Of a DNA stretch of 64,000 bases, positions 26,791 through 42,287 are shown piece by piece. This DNA comes from Octopus sinensis. Its lineage: Eukaryota. The number at the start of each line of letters is the position of its first letter. Position 1 is the first letter of the stretch. Position numbers and translations under genes: made by a program. A model generated the notes under the pieces. The model did no database searches, was not told the origin of the DNA, and saw only the letters and a program-made list of their open reading frames with translations. The DNA lies in the NCBI RefSeq assembly GCF_006345805.1, contig NC_043014.1, positions 17,918,001 through 17,982,000 on the forward strand, given 5' to 3'.

Positions 26791-28379
26791 TATCGCCAGT
26801 TAAATTTCGTATGACTACTTTTGATTTTACGATAAACCACTGGCTTATATTGTTGGTGTATATTTTGACTTAAATGTCGCCTTTATGTGTATTGCAGTTC
26901 AAATGTTTAAAGTTTTTTTCTCCGCTGTGAAACATAATGAAAATTAAAAATGAGATCGTGTTTAAACTAACTTATAATTTTAGCGTTAAATGATTCTGAG
27001 GTTTCCCTCTAACTCTTCGCTCCTTTTCACCACTATTAAAAGATAAGTTAAAGGGGGACAAAACGCAAAGAGAATCGATCCTATTTAATTTTTAATTGAT
27101 ATAAACTAATTTCAGGTTCTCTATTGATGTTGTACTGACGAGCTCAGAATGAGGGCGAAATAGCGCTACCTTCAACTACTACAACTAGATGAATATCCAA
27201 TAAATGAATTTTATGGAAATATGGAAATACACTCTTTCACGAATAGGAAAAAGTCCTTTCAAGATAAGGAAAAACAAAACAAAAGATAACATATGAACCC
27301 TGAAGCGGTTCTCTCTCTTCAAGGATAATTTTCACCCTCTATGTCATATGATAGTCTAACTCTCTCTCTCTCTCTCTCTTTTTTTTCTCTCTCTGTCTCT
27401 CTTATGTAATAATAAGTAACATAAAGTGTATGCCTGGCGAAGTAGCCACGTGTATATTTGAAATAGTTAACTGCCAATAATTTCAAAATTAGGGCTAGAA
27501 ATAAACTGAGTATTTGAAAAGGATCAGAGAGAAAGAGGAAACAGAGAAAAACCTACAATAAAGACAAAGGGAACAATAAGTAAATGTGAAGAAGAGTAGA
27601 GAAGGATTGAGAAAGAGACAAGCTTTATGTAAATCGCTACAATAGCAACATTAGATACAAGGAGCTTTAAAGAGAAAAGAATATTTAGTTAAGTGATAGG
27701 AGGAGTGAGAAAGCGATTAAGAGTGTCTAAGGTTTCTAACTACATAATTTACTACCAGAATGTAGAGCAACACAAACGGAGAAAAGAAAGAAAGAAGATT
27801 GAATTTGGGATTACAGGTATTTCGTAAGTAGAGAATTAGGAAGCAGAAAGGCATATTACAGGGAACGGGAGACATTCAGGAGAAATGCTTATATTTATGA
27901 GATATTACGTCATGTAGTGTAAAAGTGAATAAAGCAGGTTTTTATTTACATTATAAATATGATTTATAATGTAAATAACTGATTGTGGCCATCAGAAATA
28001 AAGTAAATGAGACGGTTGAAAGTATTTATGTTTTCAGAGTTTTCATCTGTCATCTCTGTTGTTTTGTAAAAGGAACATAAATAATTATCCGTAGATATTA
28101 GCTGGAATTTCACCAGTTTGGATAACCTTCATAATGTTGTATTAACCCGTTTTAACCGATTTTAACCCTGTCGAAAATTTGAATATTGTTATATAAATAG
28201 GGATAACAAACATGGAAGCATCCACTTAACTTTTATTGCAGTGAATAAACCAAATACAACTGTCCTCGAACGAGGACAGTGGGTTAATATGGGTTAAAAT
28301 ATACTTTCGAGGATATAATTAATTTTGATTATATTTGTTTTGCAAGATTTTTGATGTGAAATCGTGTGTTGAAACAGAC

Positions 28380-28948
<569 letters not shown>

Positions 28949-28966
28949 TTAATTTTGATATTTTAT

Positions 28967-29562
28967 ATATTTGATATGAGTTCTTGGTTTTGATTGTTTA
29001 AGCATAGTAGAAGCTGAGAAAGGAGCGAAGAAGAAGAAGAAGAAGAAGAAGAAGAAGAAGAAGAAGAAGAAGAAGAAGAAGAAGAGTGTGTAGGAAAAGA
29101 AGAGGAAAAATAATAAAAAATGCGCGAGTGGTATGACAGTAGTAGGATGTTGGTGGAATCCTCTTAAATGGTCTTGTGACTTAAAAGTAGTCAGTGCATT
29201 AGTAAAGAATCATATTTTATTACAAAATATAAACCCCTTCTGAATGCGTCCATCACAAATGACGCTATTACAAGGGCCTTAGAATAATACCCACCCAAAT
29301 ATTAAAAACGATATAGTCAGAGCAGTCACTACCCATAAATATATTCAGAACAATTCCAATCACTACTATTACAAACGCAGCAGGTCACTTTTAGGTTACT
29401 TGACCATTTAAGAGGATTCCACTAACATCCTAAAGCAGTCATTTCACTCACGCATTTCTTCTTCTTCTTCTTCTCTTCTTCTTCTTCTTTTTCTTCTTCT
29501 TCGTCGTCGTCGTCGCTGCTACTGTGCTTAAACAATCAAAACCAAGAACTCATATCAAATAT
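28967..29562. repeat. Fold-back element with (GAA)n/(TTC)n inside the arms
   Basis: atatttgatatgagttcttggttttgattgtttaagca and its inverse; arms ~180-240 bp. Confidence 0.9.
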
Positions 29563-30331
29563 TAGGACTACTACTACCTGCTACCAAGATCTCACATGAG
29601 TAAAAAAAAAAGAGAGACAGAGACAGAGAGGAAAAAAGGAAAATGTCCCTTGCATTTGAAAACTCTGGAAATATTCAAAAACAACATTTCATTTATTTTT
29701 TCCACAATTTAATTGTTTTTCATGCTTTGCTCTAAGTTGAAAAAGTCAGAAGGCCTGAAATGGGTACTGAAATAATCTTCATAATAAAAGTATTTTAGCA
29801 TTTTCTACCTTGTCTTATTTTGCTTATATATATGTATATGTATGTATGTGTGTATGTATGTATGTATATATATATATGTATATATACACATATACTTTTC
29901 ACACACACCACACACAGGCACACAACACACATACATGCACGTACATGCACACACATACACACACGCACACATACACACACACATACACACACACGCACAT
30001 GCACACGCACACACATAAACACACACATACATACACACGGACATAAACACACACACACAACTTGCGCGCACGCACATACCTCATTCTCTTAAACTCTCCT
30101 CTCTTGGAAATAACTTTTTCTTCACCCATTCCCCTCCGGTCATTTCAAAATGTAACCATATAGGAATCTGTCTTCCTTCCTATTGGTCTTTCCTCTGTTT
30201 CCGAAAAAGAGCGTTGCTCGAAACGTTAAACCATCTTTCTTTCCTTCCCTGAGTGTCTGCTAATACTTTATATGTATCACATCCTCGCGTTGATTTTTTT
30301 GTGTTTGTTCTTTTTCTGGATTTACTACTAC

Positions 30332-30379
<48 letters not shown>

Positions 30380-30619
30380 TATATATTTCTTTACTACCCA
30401 AAAGGGGCTAAACACGAAGGGGACAAACAAGGATAGACAAACGGATTAAGTCGTTTACATCGACCCCAGTGCGTAACTGGTACTTAATTTATCGACCCCG
30501 AAAGGATGAAAGGCAAAGTCGACATCGGCGGAATTTGAACTCAGAACGTAACGGCAGACGAAATACGGCTACGCATTTCGCCCCGCGTGCTAATGTTTCT
30601 GCCAGCTCACCGCCGTTTC

Positions 30620-30654
<35 letters not shown>

Positions 30655-30658
<4 letters not shown>

Positions 30659-30971
30659 CGTTGGAGCAGCTGTGTGGTAAGTAGCTTGCTTACCAACCAC
30701 ATGGTTCCGGGTTCAGTCCCATTGCGTGACACCTTGGTCAAGTGTCTTTTACTATAGCCTTGTGAGTGGATTTGGTAGACGGAAACTGAAAGTAGCCCGT
30801 CGTATATAAGTATATATATGTATGTGTATGTTTATGTTTGTGTGTCTGTGTTTGTCCTCCCTACATCGCTTGACAACCGATGCTGGTGTATTTACGTCCC
30901 CGTAACTTAGCGATTCGGCAAAAGAAACCGATAGAATAAGTACTAGGCTTACAAAGAATAAGTCCTGGGGT

Positions 30972-30975
<4 letters not shown>
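30655..30975 (+). mobile_element. tRNA-derived SINE, same family as 1254
   Basis: Head and body shared; partial heads also at 4879-5005 and 21083-21220. Confidence 0.88.
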
Positions 30976-31014
<39 letters not shown>

Positions 31015-31019
<5 letters not shown>

Positions 31020-31370
31020 AGATAGTGGACGCTTTTATTTCTAATTTTTACTTATTTACTGAATTTTAACGTGATTTAATATATCGCATTAAGTTTCATT
31101 TCACCTTCTTCCTTTATATGTATGTATATCTGCATATGTTTTCCAACCTTTTTTGTATGACACGCCTTGTATGCGTGGGCCTTAATTCCTATTAAAGAAA
31201 AATGTGGCTATTGCTAGCCAAAATAAGGAAAATAAGTACATATATATCTATCTATATATATATACATATAAAGGAAGAAGGTGAAATGAAACTTAATGCG
31301 ATATATTAAATCAGGTTAAAATTCAGTAAATAAGTAAAAATTAGAAATAAAAGCGTCCACTATCTAGATA
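31015..31370. repeat. Fold-back element, ~105-bp near-perfect arms
   Basis: tatctagatagtggacgc...; one mismatch seen; self-palindromic TATCTAGATA at both ends. Confidence 0.95.
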
Positions 31371-33129
31371 GATTCAGAGTCTCACGACTGAGATGACGTA
31401 CAAAATAACTGCATTATCCTACTTCTCCCCTGAGCTTCTTTGAGTTTGACAAAACCATCAGCTCTCTCACATCCTGCACATAGTAGTTTATTAACTACAT
31501 ATATAGACTTGCGTTTTTTCATTAGCAGATTCAGTTATGGGTTTGATAAATTCTTACTCGTATTTCTATGTCAGTTAGCACAGTATTTTCATCGTGTTCT
31601 TCAGTTCAGTCAGTTTCTTCATCAGGTTCGCTCACCCGACTCAAAAACCAGACTTGTCTCCATGAGGAACCCATATTTACTCACTTTTCTCACGCTTTAT
31701 GTTCTTGTTGAGTTTTCACCCTTGTAACTCCAGCTCCTTTCCAATGTCGCAAGACCATCAAGAGAGGCATTGCGGATTGTAGCTTATGGCCACTCATAAA
31801 TCGAAAATATGTAATCAGTTAAAATGCCCACTCAAGTAATGGTAGACTCTCAAACATTTCAAAAGCTTTTCCTAAGACGTTCTTCAGTAAAACTAGAACA
31901 AAAGTACTTTTTTCACGAGCAATCCAATTAAAGTCAGATAATATAAGTATTAATAATGCTAATAACAATAATGATGATGATGTTGATGATAGTGGTGATG
32001 GTGTTGGCTCCAGAAGACAAACTTTTGAAAGAGTGAACAGCTGGTTCTATCGATTTAGTATTTGTATTACCAACTTTATATTTCTAGCCTTGAATGATGA
32101 TGGGTAAAGCCGAATTTGCTTAAATTTGAACACTGAGCGTAAAGAGGGTAACTTAACACCGCAATGCATTTCACCACTCTACAAATACTGCCATATGGTA
32201 CCCCAATAGTAACAACAATAATAAGTTGCCAACTCATCACAGCAACATTGACGTACATTGGAAAAAAAATTCTGTTCAATTCTTCACATTAATTAGCAAA
32301 ATAAATTGCCTTTCTCTACACCAACTGTTAAGAATTCCTTATCAAAACTATTCCTTTTTTTTCCAATTCCCGTGAGAGTAACGTTACTCATGTTAGAAAT
32401 CTTTGAGAAAGCTATATTAAAGAGAATGAGAGACAGGGTAGATGAGACAGAGTGAAGGGTGAGACAGAGGGTGAGAGAAAAGTGAGAACGGAAAGATTGT
32501 GCGAAGTGAACATTGTTTTTGTACTATATACACAGAACATCTTTCTTGAATAATAAATCTCTGTGTGTCAAAGCTTTGCCTTGAACAAGTTACCATTTGC
32601 CTGTCAGTGTCATATCGTTGTTACCAATGCAAGATTTGTTTACAGAAATCTGTTGCTAAAATTCCTTCATTATTTACAACTTGTATACAATCTATATATG
32701 TGTGTGTGTGTGTGTGTTTGTATTTGTCAAGAGAGCCAGGATTTATCAGTAACAGATTACATCTTTCTTGCTGAACAACATACGACATGATTTTTTTTTC
32801 TTTCTTTGTATTTCTTGTTGTTGCTGCTAATGTTAATGTTGCTGGATTGGTGGTCTGGTCATAAAAATCCTATATCACTTTTTAAAGTGGATGAGAGGAA
32901 ATTGAGATTTTGTGTGTGATACTCATACACTCCTCAAAGACATTGGCAAGAGCTGCCTACCGATGATCAACGACAACCGCTTTATTGCTGCTCCGTCTCC
33001 AAGCAGAGATTTATAGTTCTTCACTTTCTTATGGCGAAATCAAATTTAAAATGAGCCTGAAAGTCAAATGAAGCGAAGTTTCATTATTGGTATTTCCAGT
33101 GGCATTAATCGTCCAAATAAAATAATAAA

Positions 33130-33380
33130 TAAATGCGCCCTTTTAAAGTCTAGCCAGGCTCATGGGCTTGGTTTCCCGGTTTCAATTGCGTATATATTCC
33201 CCAGCTGGACAGGACGCCAGTCCATCGCAACGTTACTCATTTTTGCCAGCTGAGTGGACTGGAGCAACGTGAAATGAAGTGTTTTGCTCAAGAACACAAC
33301 GCGTCGCCCGGTCCAGGAATCGAAACCACAATCTTACGATCATGATGCTGACACCTTAACGACTAAGCCACGCCTGCACA
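33130..33380 (-). mobile_element. SINE with Meta/V-like core
   Basis: Reverse copy closely matching 44331-44580. Confidence 0.85.
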
Positions 33381-34252
33381 ATCGTCCAACTCTACAATCG
33401 TCCAATTGAAACTAAATTTATTGTTGTTTTTTGGCCTTTAGTCAGCTAGGAAGCCGTGAATATCTTATCTCGAGCCAGTACCTCACCGGTAATTATTTTA
33501 TCAACCCTGAAGGATGAAGATAAAAGCCAACCTATTCACTGCACCAACCAAGTACAACTCAGAGATTGTCTTAAGAGTTGCATTCCCATATATAGCCATC
33601 TAACATAATGGTTCTCAAGCTGACAAATACTAGCTCCAGCAAGATATCAATTACTTCAACTTCACTTTTTACTAATGAGAATACAAAATAGGGTTTACAT
33701 CCATATAAGCTTTCTTCCTGTGTCATAGAATTCGACAAGATTAAAATGCTTATTTGTTGTTGTCTAAATTGTATTAAATGCGGTAACTTATCTGCCCTCC
33801 TTTACAAACCTCAAAGCTACCCTTCGCTATGAAAAACACTGAAGTAACACACCTATAATCATAGGTGATCAATCATGTCCACCTCAGGCACCGATCAATC
33901 ATATTCACTTCGATCAAAGATGAATTATGTCTACCTCATCGGGGTCTACGCTGTCAAATGTCGTCATTTTTTTTTAGACGGTGGGACTCGATTTAATATG
34001 TGTTCACCCAATATGGCTGACGAGAGAATGAGACTAATAAATCGGAAATACCTCAGTGAAGATGATTCCAGACGAGATATGAGTTACAAGAAGAAAGACA
34101 GATAACGAAAAAGCTTGTAACGAAATACCTCAACACAATTTCTCCAATGCCTTATCAATTCTGCTACTGCACTATACTAAAACAAAAAGCATATAAAAAT
34201 CTGATCCAAGGTTTCTCTCTCCGTATCACGCCCTGGTCGCTGATCGTTGAAA

Positions 34253-34271
34253 TGACGTCACGATGACGTCA
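34253..34271. promoter_or_regulatory. Tandem perfect CRE sites (TGACGTCA x2, 3-bp gap)
   Basis: tgacgtca-cga-tgacgtca in locally CpG-richer, non-repeat sequence; function inferred. Confidence 0.45.
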
Positions 34272-34816
34272 GCTTGAGCTACAATGACGATTGAAATAAA
34301 CCCGTTTAGGTGTTCGACAAAAATCCGTGCCGAGATAACATATTGCTGCATCGTATAAGGTGTAAACAGCAACAGGACGTGAAGGTGTTGGTACTTCGAT
34401 TCGATATCATATGTCAATTTAAACTGGTATCTCAGTTTGTTTATACACACACACAAAAACATACATATACTTGTGCTTGCGTGAAAGCATGAATTTGTGT
34501 GTATGTGTGTGTATGTACATACATATACGTATACGTACGCACACACACACACAAACACAAATACATATGCATATATATACACACACAAACACACATTAGA
34601 GGTAGTAAATTGGCAGAAACGTTAGAGCGCTGGATAAATTGCCTTGCGATTCCTACTCTGAATCTCGGAGTTGCCAATTCCCCTAAAAGTCATCTTCGCA
34701 TCTCACGTCTTCGGTATTGATAAAATAATACAACTCAAGTACTGAAGTTCATTGTTTATTTTTTCATGTATGAATTGTAATTGACATTACTGCAGTTATA
34801 TCTTTATATACCGTGA

Positions 34817-35110
34817 TAATGTGGAGGCGCAATGGCCCAGTGGTTAGGGCAGCGGACTCGCGGTCGGAGGATCGCGGTGTCGATTCCCAGACCGGGCGTT
34901 GTGTGTGTTTATTGAGCAAAAACACCTAAAAGCAGGGTGGTGGTGGCGATTCCTGTTGTACTCTTTCGCCACAGCTTTCTTTTACTCACTCTTCATGTTT
35001 CTTGAGTAACACTGCGATGGACTGGCGTCCCGTCCAGCTGGGGGGAACATATACGCCACAGAAACCGGGAAATCGGGCCCATGAGCCTGACTAGGCTTGA
35101 AAAGGGCGAC
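34817..35110 (+). mobile_element. tRNA-derived SINE with Meta/V-like central domain
   Basis: A box tggcccagtggttagg, B-box-like gtcgattcc, core ctgcgatggactggcgtcccgtccag..gaaaccggg (domain name from memory). Confidence 0.85.
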
Positions 35111-37339
35111 GTTTATCGTTATACCGTGAGAATACATTTTCGTGCGAAGTGTGGGGAAAGCGCGCGAAGACAAAATATAAGGCGAGAACGATAAAGCTTA
35201 CATACATACTGAAACATAAACGCTAACACGTACACATGCAAGCACGTACCACACGAATGTATTTATACACAAAGAGTGGGAGAGAGGAAGTGAGCGAGAG
35301 AAATGACGCGAAAGAGATACAGACAAACTGAAGGATTAAAACTCACACGCCTAGAATTTGTATTATCAGTTTAACAAACCACATCAGCGCGTAACAAAAC
35401 TTACGAAAAGTGTCTATTGTTACATTTTGGGAAGTCCTCACGTCCGTCTTTCGTTCATTATCTTCTCTGTATTCCTTTTTAAGAATGACTGTTTTGTTTT
35501 CTATTTCTATCCAATACAATGGGAAACATTTCGTTATCACATAACATACACATACACACAGACACACACACGCACATATATATGTATATACGCACACACA
35601 CACACACAGATACACGTATACATATGTATTCAAAAATAGACACACACATACTCACACACAAACACACACACACACATACGCACCAGTAACTGACTCACGG
35701 GATGAGAGCTTATATGCATGACACTTACCAAACTGGCTTACCTATTTGATATCATGTACTAGATCCTCGAACATCGAACCACCTTGTAACTTTTCCTAAA
35801 AATTATAAAATATGTATACATATGAACTGAGTTCTTATTCATTGTTCTACCAAATACGCACTCACACACACATACACAAAATGCCATCATATGTGTGTAA
35901 ACCGAAGGTAGATCAAAGCGTTCACATTTTATGACATTTTTAATTTGGGTATGTCGTAAGTTTGAAGTAAAAATAGGTCGCAAATTGGTCGGTATACAAT
36001 TTTATACACAAATGTTCTCAACAATTTAATTTATAAAATTTTAATCACCAAATTGGAAGTATATGCGGCAATATTCTTTATGAAGTCGAGAATTTATCTT
36101 CGTGGAAAATGTTCGTGGAAATAGACGAAATATAAGACAAGGACAATAAAACATGCATATACAAAGGCACGGCAACTGTCTTCTACTATAGCCTAGGGGC
36201 GATCAGTATCTTGTGAGCGAGTTTGGTAGATGGAAACCGTGAGTAATCTCGTAGCATGTATGTATGTGAGTGCGCGCGTGTATGAGCGCGCGTGTGTGCT
36301 GGTGCGTGTGTGTGTGTACGTCAGTGTGCATGTGTCTGGGCCTGTGCTATGTTTGTCGCCACTACTGTTCCGCAGCCGGTATTGGTTTGTTTATGTCCCC
36401 GTACCATAACGGCACGGTAAAACACACAAGCGCGCGTACGCACACATACACACACACACACATATACATATATATATATATATATATATGTATGTATATG
36501 ACGGATAGTTGTCATCTTGTTTGTTGCTAACACAACGTTTCAGCTGATCTACCCTCCAGCCTTCATTAGGTGTCTTGGGGAAATTTCGAACCTGGGTTCT
36601 CATTCCTAAGGTAGTTTTCGATGTTATAATAATAATAATAATAATAATAATTATTATTATTATTCAGGTCACTTGCTGGAATCGAACTCGGAATCTTGGG
36701 GTTAGTAGCCCGGCCTCTTAACCACTACGCCATATATATATCCAAACAGATATTTGGTTACACACAAAATGATAAATTTAGGAGGTTTCAAAGAGAAAAG
36801 AATAGGTTCCATGCGTATAGAATTTGCTTTCTCTATCGTAACACATTTTAGAATAGGGTAATTACAGAAAATAAGTGTTTCTAAACTAGTGCATTATTAA
36901 AATTATATGAACTATGACTATGTAAAGCTTAAAGATGTGACACAAAATTGAGAATTAAAAAATTTCGGGAGTCTAATTAAAATGAAAGACGTAGAAAAAA
37001 GTATACAAGTAAATGTATCAAACTGATTATCTGTACGGCCTCCGATTTTACAAGATCACCTGTGAAAGTGGTTGAGAAATATGTGCCACAAATCTAAGTA
37101 TTACTTGTTCAATACAGTGTGTCGTTATTTACACAAAGCTTTCGTTAATTTTTTATGACCTATGTAGTTATATCTGTGCGTGCCTATAGTGCGATATTTA
37201 CACAAGTAACTGAATCAATTTACTTACGAGAATATGAAGCCACTCTCTACCCGAAGTTTGAAAGACATATTATTAATGTCCCTCTCCCCCACTACAAGAA
37301 ATATGTCTTTTCCCTCTCACAGATTAGTTTTAACCCCCC

Positions 37340-37378
<39 letters not shown>

Positions 37379-37680
37379 ATTTTAATCCAAACGGGAAAAC
37401 AAAAAAACAACAACACGTGGAACAATTACAGATATATACACACACACACAAACGAAGTGGTTCCTGGCTTTAGGTAAAAGAAAATATATACAGGAGGATC
37501 AATTAATTATGGTTTTATTCAACATAATCCCCTCTCAGATTCACACACTTATTGCAGATCTTCTTCAGTTTTTCTAAGCCCTGTAAAAGAACTAAAAGCC
37601 TATACTTTTAAAGCCTGGAACTTTTCAGCACCTCTTCATAAATATACATGCATGCATACATACATACATACATACATACA

Positions 37681-37711
<31 letters not shown>

Positions 37712-39399
37712 GTCTTTACATACGCGTGTAAGTGTGTGTTTGTGTGTGTAAGCACTCTATATATCGTGTTATATCATAAATAATCAGAGTGTCTTGTATT
37801 TCCCCAGTAACAGTTCATAACGACGTCTTTCATAAGATATTGCATATTAATATGTAATAAATATTTATTATGAGTTGGTGATAGTATTGGGTGATTTTGG
37901 TGTTGGTGATGGTATCAATGATAACAGAGGCTTTACATTCTATTCTGTTGAAATTTATGCTGACTGGGTGGCCTTATTATCTATTATCATTAGGGATGGA
38001 TATGCGTGTCTGTACGTAAATATGCATTTACAAACAAACATATCTACATATGTATGTATGCATGTATGTATGTATGTATGTATGTATGTATATATGTTTG
38101 TATGTATGTGTACATACATAACACAGATATGCATGCATATACATAACACATATATACACACATACATATCCACAATTGTATGCAATGAATCTGTGTAGAC
38201 GTGTTTAGAATTCGTACGAATAGTCTATGTTTATTCATTTGCTTGTAACAACCGGTACGTTATCAAGATGACGGAGGAAGAACTGGCGCCTTTCGGCCTT
38301 TCGATGAGATTCCTTTCGTATTGCAGCGAATACCACCCCTCACTACTCGCACAGCCAAAACCACCGCAAATAATCCCACTCCACCACTGCCATCGCCGCT
38401 GCTGGTGTTATTTCTTCGCCTTTACAAATACACGGTCAATGAAATCAACCGAAAGCATCTTCAATATTCTTGTCCTTGAGTTTAGATCAGAAGCAGTTAT
38501 CACTAATGACCTTCAAGGGAGACTGGCATCTCTTTCGGTCGGGCATTGTGATTTGTGGAAGTTCTACCTTTACAGTACACAAGAGAGAGCAAGTGTGATG
38601 AGGTCCTCTGGAAAACTGATAACATAGACGGGGACAAATGGCCGAACTGTTTGTGACGATTTTCAAGGTGAAGTTTACTAAGAATAATCTAAACCTGGCA
38701 GCTCTTTCGAAGGGTGCTTCTGGTTTGAGACAAACTCTACAGGCATGGAAATGAAAAGGGAAGGGGATAAAAGCAAAAATGGAAGCGAACACGAATGGGA
38801 GAAAACGAGCGAGAGGGAGAATATGGGAGGTGGAGTTGCTCAAACTATGAATGTGTTTGAGAGTCTGTGTGTACATGTGTGATCGTGTGTAATGATGTAT
38901 TGTTAAATGGGCATATATTTATTTATGAGATGTCTAGTAACTGTTTAATACGTGTCAAAAATGATAAAGTCCTTATAGTTATATGTGCTACAGTAATTCT
39001 TGTAACAGGACGCATGCAGCCAAGAACGTAAATGTTAGCACGTATCCTTATATCCGGATACATACAAGCACACACACGCACACACACACATAAACACATA
39101 CAACAGATACGAAGTCTAATGGTTATGCTTATGCATGTGTATAGTGAATGACTTTATGTAGTACAAGGGATAGGATTAATGTGTAGCAAATAAGGGACAG
39201 ATGTGTGCAACATGTACAGAAACTGAGGGAAAATGTGTCGAGGTGATTATTGTAACGGGAGATGGTTTGCATATCAATAAGCAGTAAATAGTTATGTATG
39301 TGTACTTATACGTGCTAAGTTCGGTCTCTGTGGATGTATAAATGTATAATGGATAGTGAATATGGTCCATGAGATATGTATAAGTGTGGTGTATTATGA

Positions 39400-39960
39400 T
39401 GGAGTGAATAGTAGGAGGATGTTGTGATGTAACCAGAATTATGCTATTCATACTCGAATGGTAGGAGCTACTTTGGTTGACGATGAGGTTTTGTTCTTAG
39501 TGGTTGCGAAAGGTAAGGGATCCGTGAAATAACTCTCTAACTGAGAGATGGACAATAGCATATGCGGGTGAGTTTAAATGGCGACCGGTAGGTGGTGTGG
39601 TGTTGTTTAAGCGGATATCTCGTAGATGTTCAGAGATGCCATCCGATAACCCACGATTCATTTTTTCCAGTATATAAATCAACAAAACTGAGATTGAAGA
39701 CACTTAGTGATTTTTTAGGGGTGTGAGTGAACTAATCAGAGATAAGGAAGCAACGATGAATAGGAACAAGGAAGGTTGTAGTATGTCGATATAAGGGCAT
39801 GCTTTTGCAGCGAGCTCGGGAACAGGGGAAAAATTCGAGTTGGCCTTTGGAAGAAGTAGAAGAGTTGAAGACTAAATTGGTAGCGAAATTCCAATGACCA
39901 TTGGTAGGCAGCAAAGGTGTAGGAATTGTGAGTATGAAATGAACGATTTGGAGTGGTTAC
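39400..39960 (-). mobile_element. Penelope-like (Neptune-type) GIY-YIG endonuclease fragment, decayed
   Basis: FPCSRARCK Cys-rich linker; LSDGISEHLRDIRLNNTTP..RHLNSP. Confidence 0.8.
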
Positions 39961-41318
39961 GGTAATAAAAGGCAAAGTTGGGGTGAGAGTAGGAATCAAG
40001 CGAATCATAGAAAACGGACATGGGTGTGTGTGCGCGCGCATATCTCTATATCTCTCTTTCTCCCTCTCTCTCTATAGAAAGAGAGAGAGAGAGAGACGAG
40101 GAGGAGGAGAAAGGTACACATCCACACAAACTTTTCTTTTACTAACTCTTTATTTTGCTTATTCTCTTTACCTTTATGTACATATGTAATATACTCCTAC
40201 ATACGAAGTAAAAAAATTTTCCAAATAAATCATTGAAAGATGTAGTTTTCCATATATAACGTGATACTATTAGAAGATAGAAGACAGACGACTTGACTTA
40301 TTGAGGCACAAGGTAAATAGCCGAGTAACCAGACACAACCACACGCACACATACATACACGGTTTCTTTCATGTTAACTTACCATCATCCACTAACATTG
40401 TTTATGTTGCGTGGAGAAAAGCGATGTAAAAATTATGCTCTCTGCTTGCTAGCGTCTGGTCTGATTTTTTACCGTACCTCTCTTTCTCATCTCTCATGAT
40501 ACGTGTTGACAAGTTTGATACGAAAGAACATCATACATACCCCATTAAAAATGTTAATGTTTTTTTTTTCTTGCTTTACACACAGTTAATGAACGGACAA
40601 ATAAAGCTATTATGGATGCAATAGTAATAATAATTATTTCAAATTTTCGCTCAAGGCGGGTAATTTAGGTAGGGGAGTTAATCCTTTACATCGACCTTAG
40701 TTCTCGTATCGTACTTTATTTTATCGACCTCGAAAAGATGAAAGGCATAGTTGACCTCGGCAGGATTTCAATGCAGAAGGTAAAAAAAAAATGGAAGAAA
40801 TCCGGCAAAGTACGGACGCTCTCTCGATTCTGCCACTTCTCTGCCGATTAAACTGCTTTTAAAAATTAATTATTAGCAACGAAAGCAACATTCATACCAG
40901 AGGTAACCTTTATGTCTTTACAGAACACCGAATACTGCGTTATTAGCCTGCAGAGATCCTCTTATATAGTCGCTTGGTGCATAAAGGCTCACGTATAGTT
41001 CGTATATAGATGAGAATCATCTGTCATGGGCGCCGGAATTCTCTTTTCACGGGATTTTATCCAACTGGAAATCATCAGTGGGAAGTATCCGGTCATCGCA
41101 TACTAGTCAAACCTCGCTACTACCATATATAGGATATCACCATCTTTTCAGACACAGATGTCGCGAATAGCTTTCAGGGTTATTAAAAATTAATTATTTG
41201 CGATAGAAGCAGTATTAATATCAAATAGCAGTGTCTAGCACGATGATATTCTATATTCCGACGGGCGGAATAACGCTGAGCATTTCGTCCAGTGTGCTAA
41301 CGACTCTGCCAGTTCACT

Positions 41319-41760
<442 letters not shown>

Positions 41761-41774
41761 CAGAAATTTCAGTT

Positions 41775-42287
41775 TTTGCATGGATTGATTATAAAGGCCT
41801 TCGACAGCATACCGCATTCATGGATCTTGAAATCGCTGGATATCTTCAAAATTTCTCCTGTGATTTGAAGCTTCCTGAAGCACAACAAATCAATGTGCAA
41901 TACGAATCTCCAATTATACCACCCTTATGGAGTACTGACCACGAAAAATATTAATATCAACTGCGGCATTTTCCAAGCTGACTCACTTTCACCTTTAATT
42001 TTCTGCATAGTCCTAATACTTAATAGAACAGGGGTGGGTATAAAACTGGCGACTATTTTATATGGATGATTTAAAACTCTATGGTAAAGACGATAATGAG
42101 CTTGAAGGGCTACTACGTACTGTGAAAGCATTCAGTGACGACATCGGGATGGAATTTGGTCTTAATAAATGTGCCAAGGCCACTTTTCAGAAAGTGAAAC
42201 TGAAGAATTCACATTCAGTAGTGTTGGATGCTGACACAGTCATAAAAGAACTCGAGCAGAAACAAACTTACAAATACATTATTTACA
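41775..42287 (+). mobile_element. R4/Dong-like RT fragment (decayed)
   Basis: IDY.KAFDSIPHSWI, GIFQ.DSLSPL, YMDDLKLYGKDDNEL..DIGMEFGLNKCAK across frameshifts. Confidence 0.85.

Noticed and set aside
29795-30129. Many ORFs over CA/TA/AAT/CAG tracts throughout the window
   Set aside because: Microsatellite translation artefacts
34817-34895. tRNA-like heads here and at 44331, 52166
   Set aside because: SINE Pol III heads running into SINE bodies; no complete cloverleaf
38268-38876. Unique-looking ORFs (MTEEELAPF.. and its antisense)
   Set aside because: No recognisable domain or consistent splice pair
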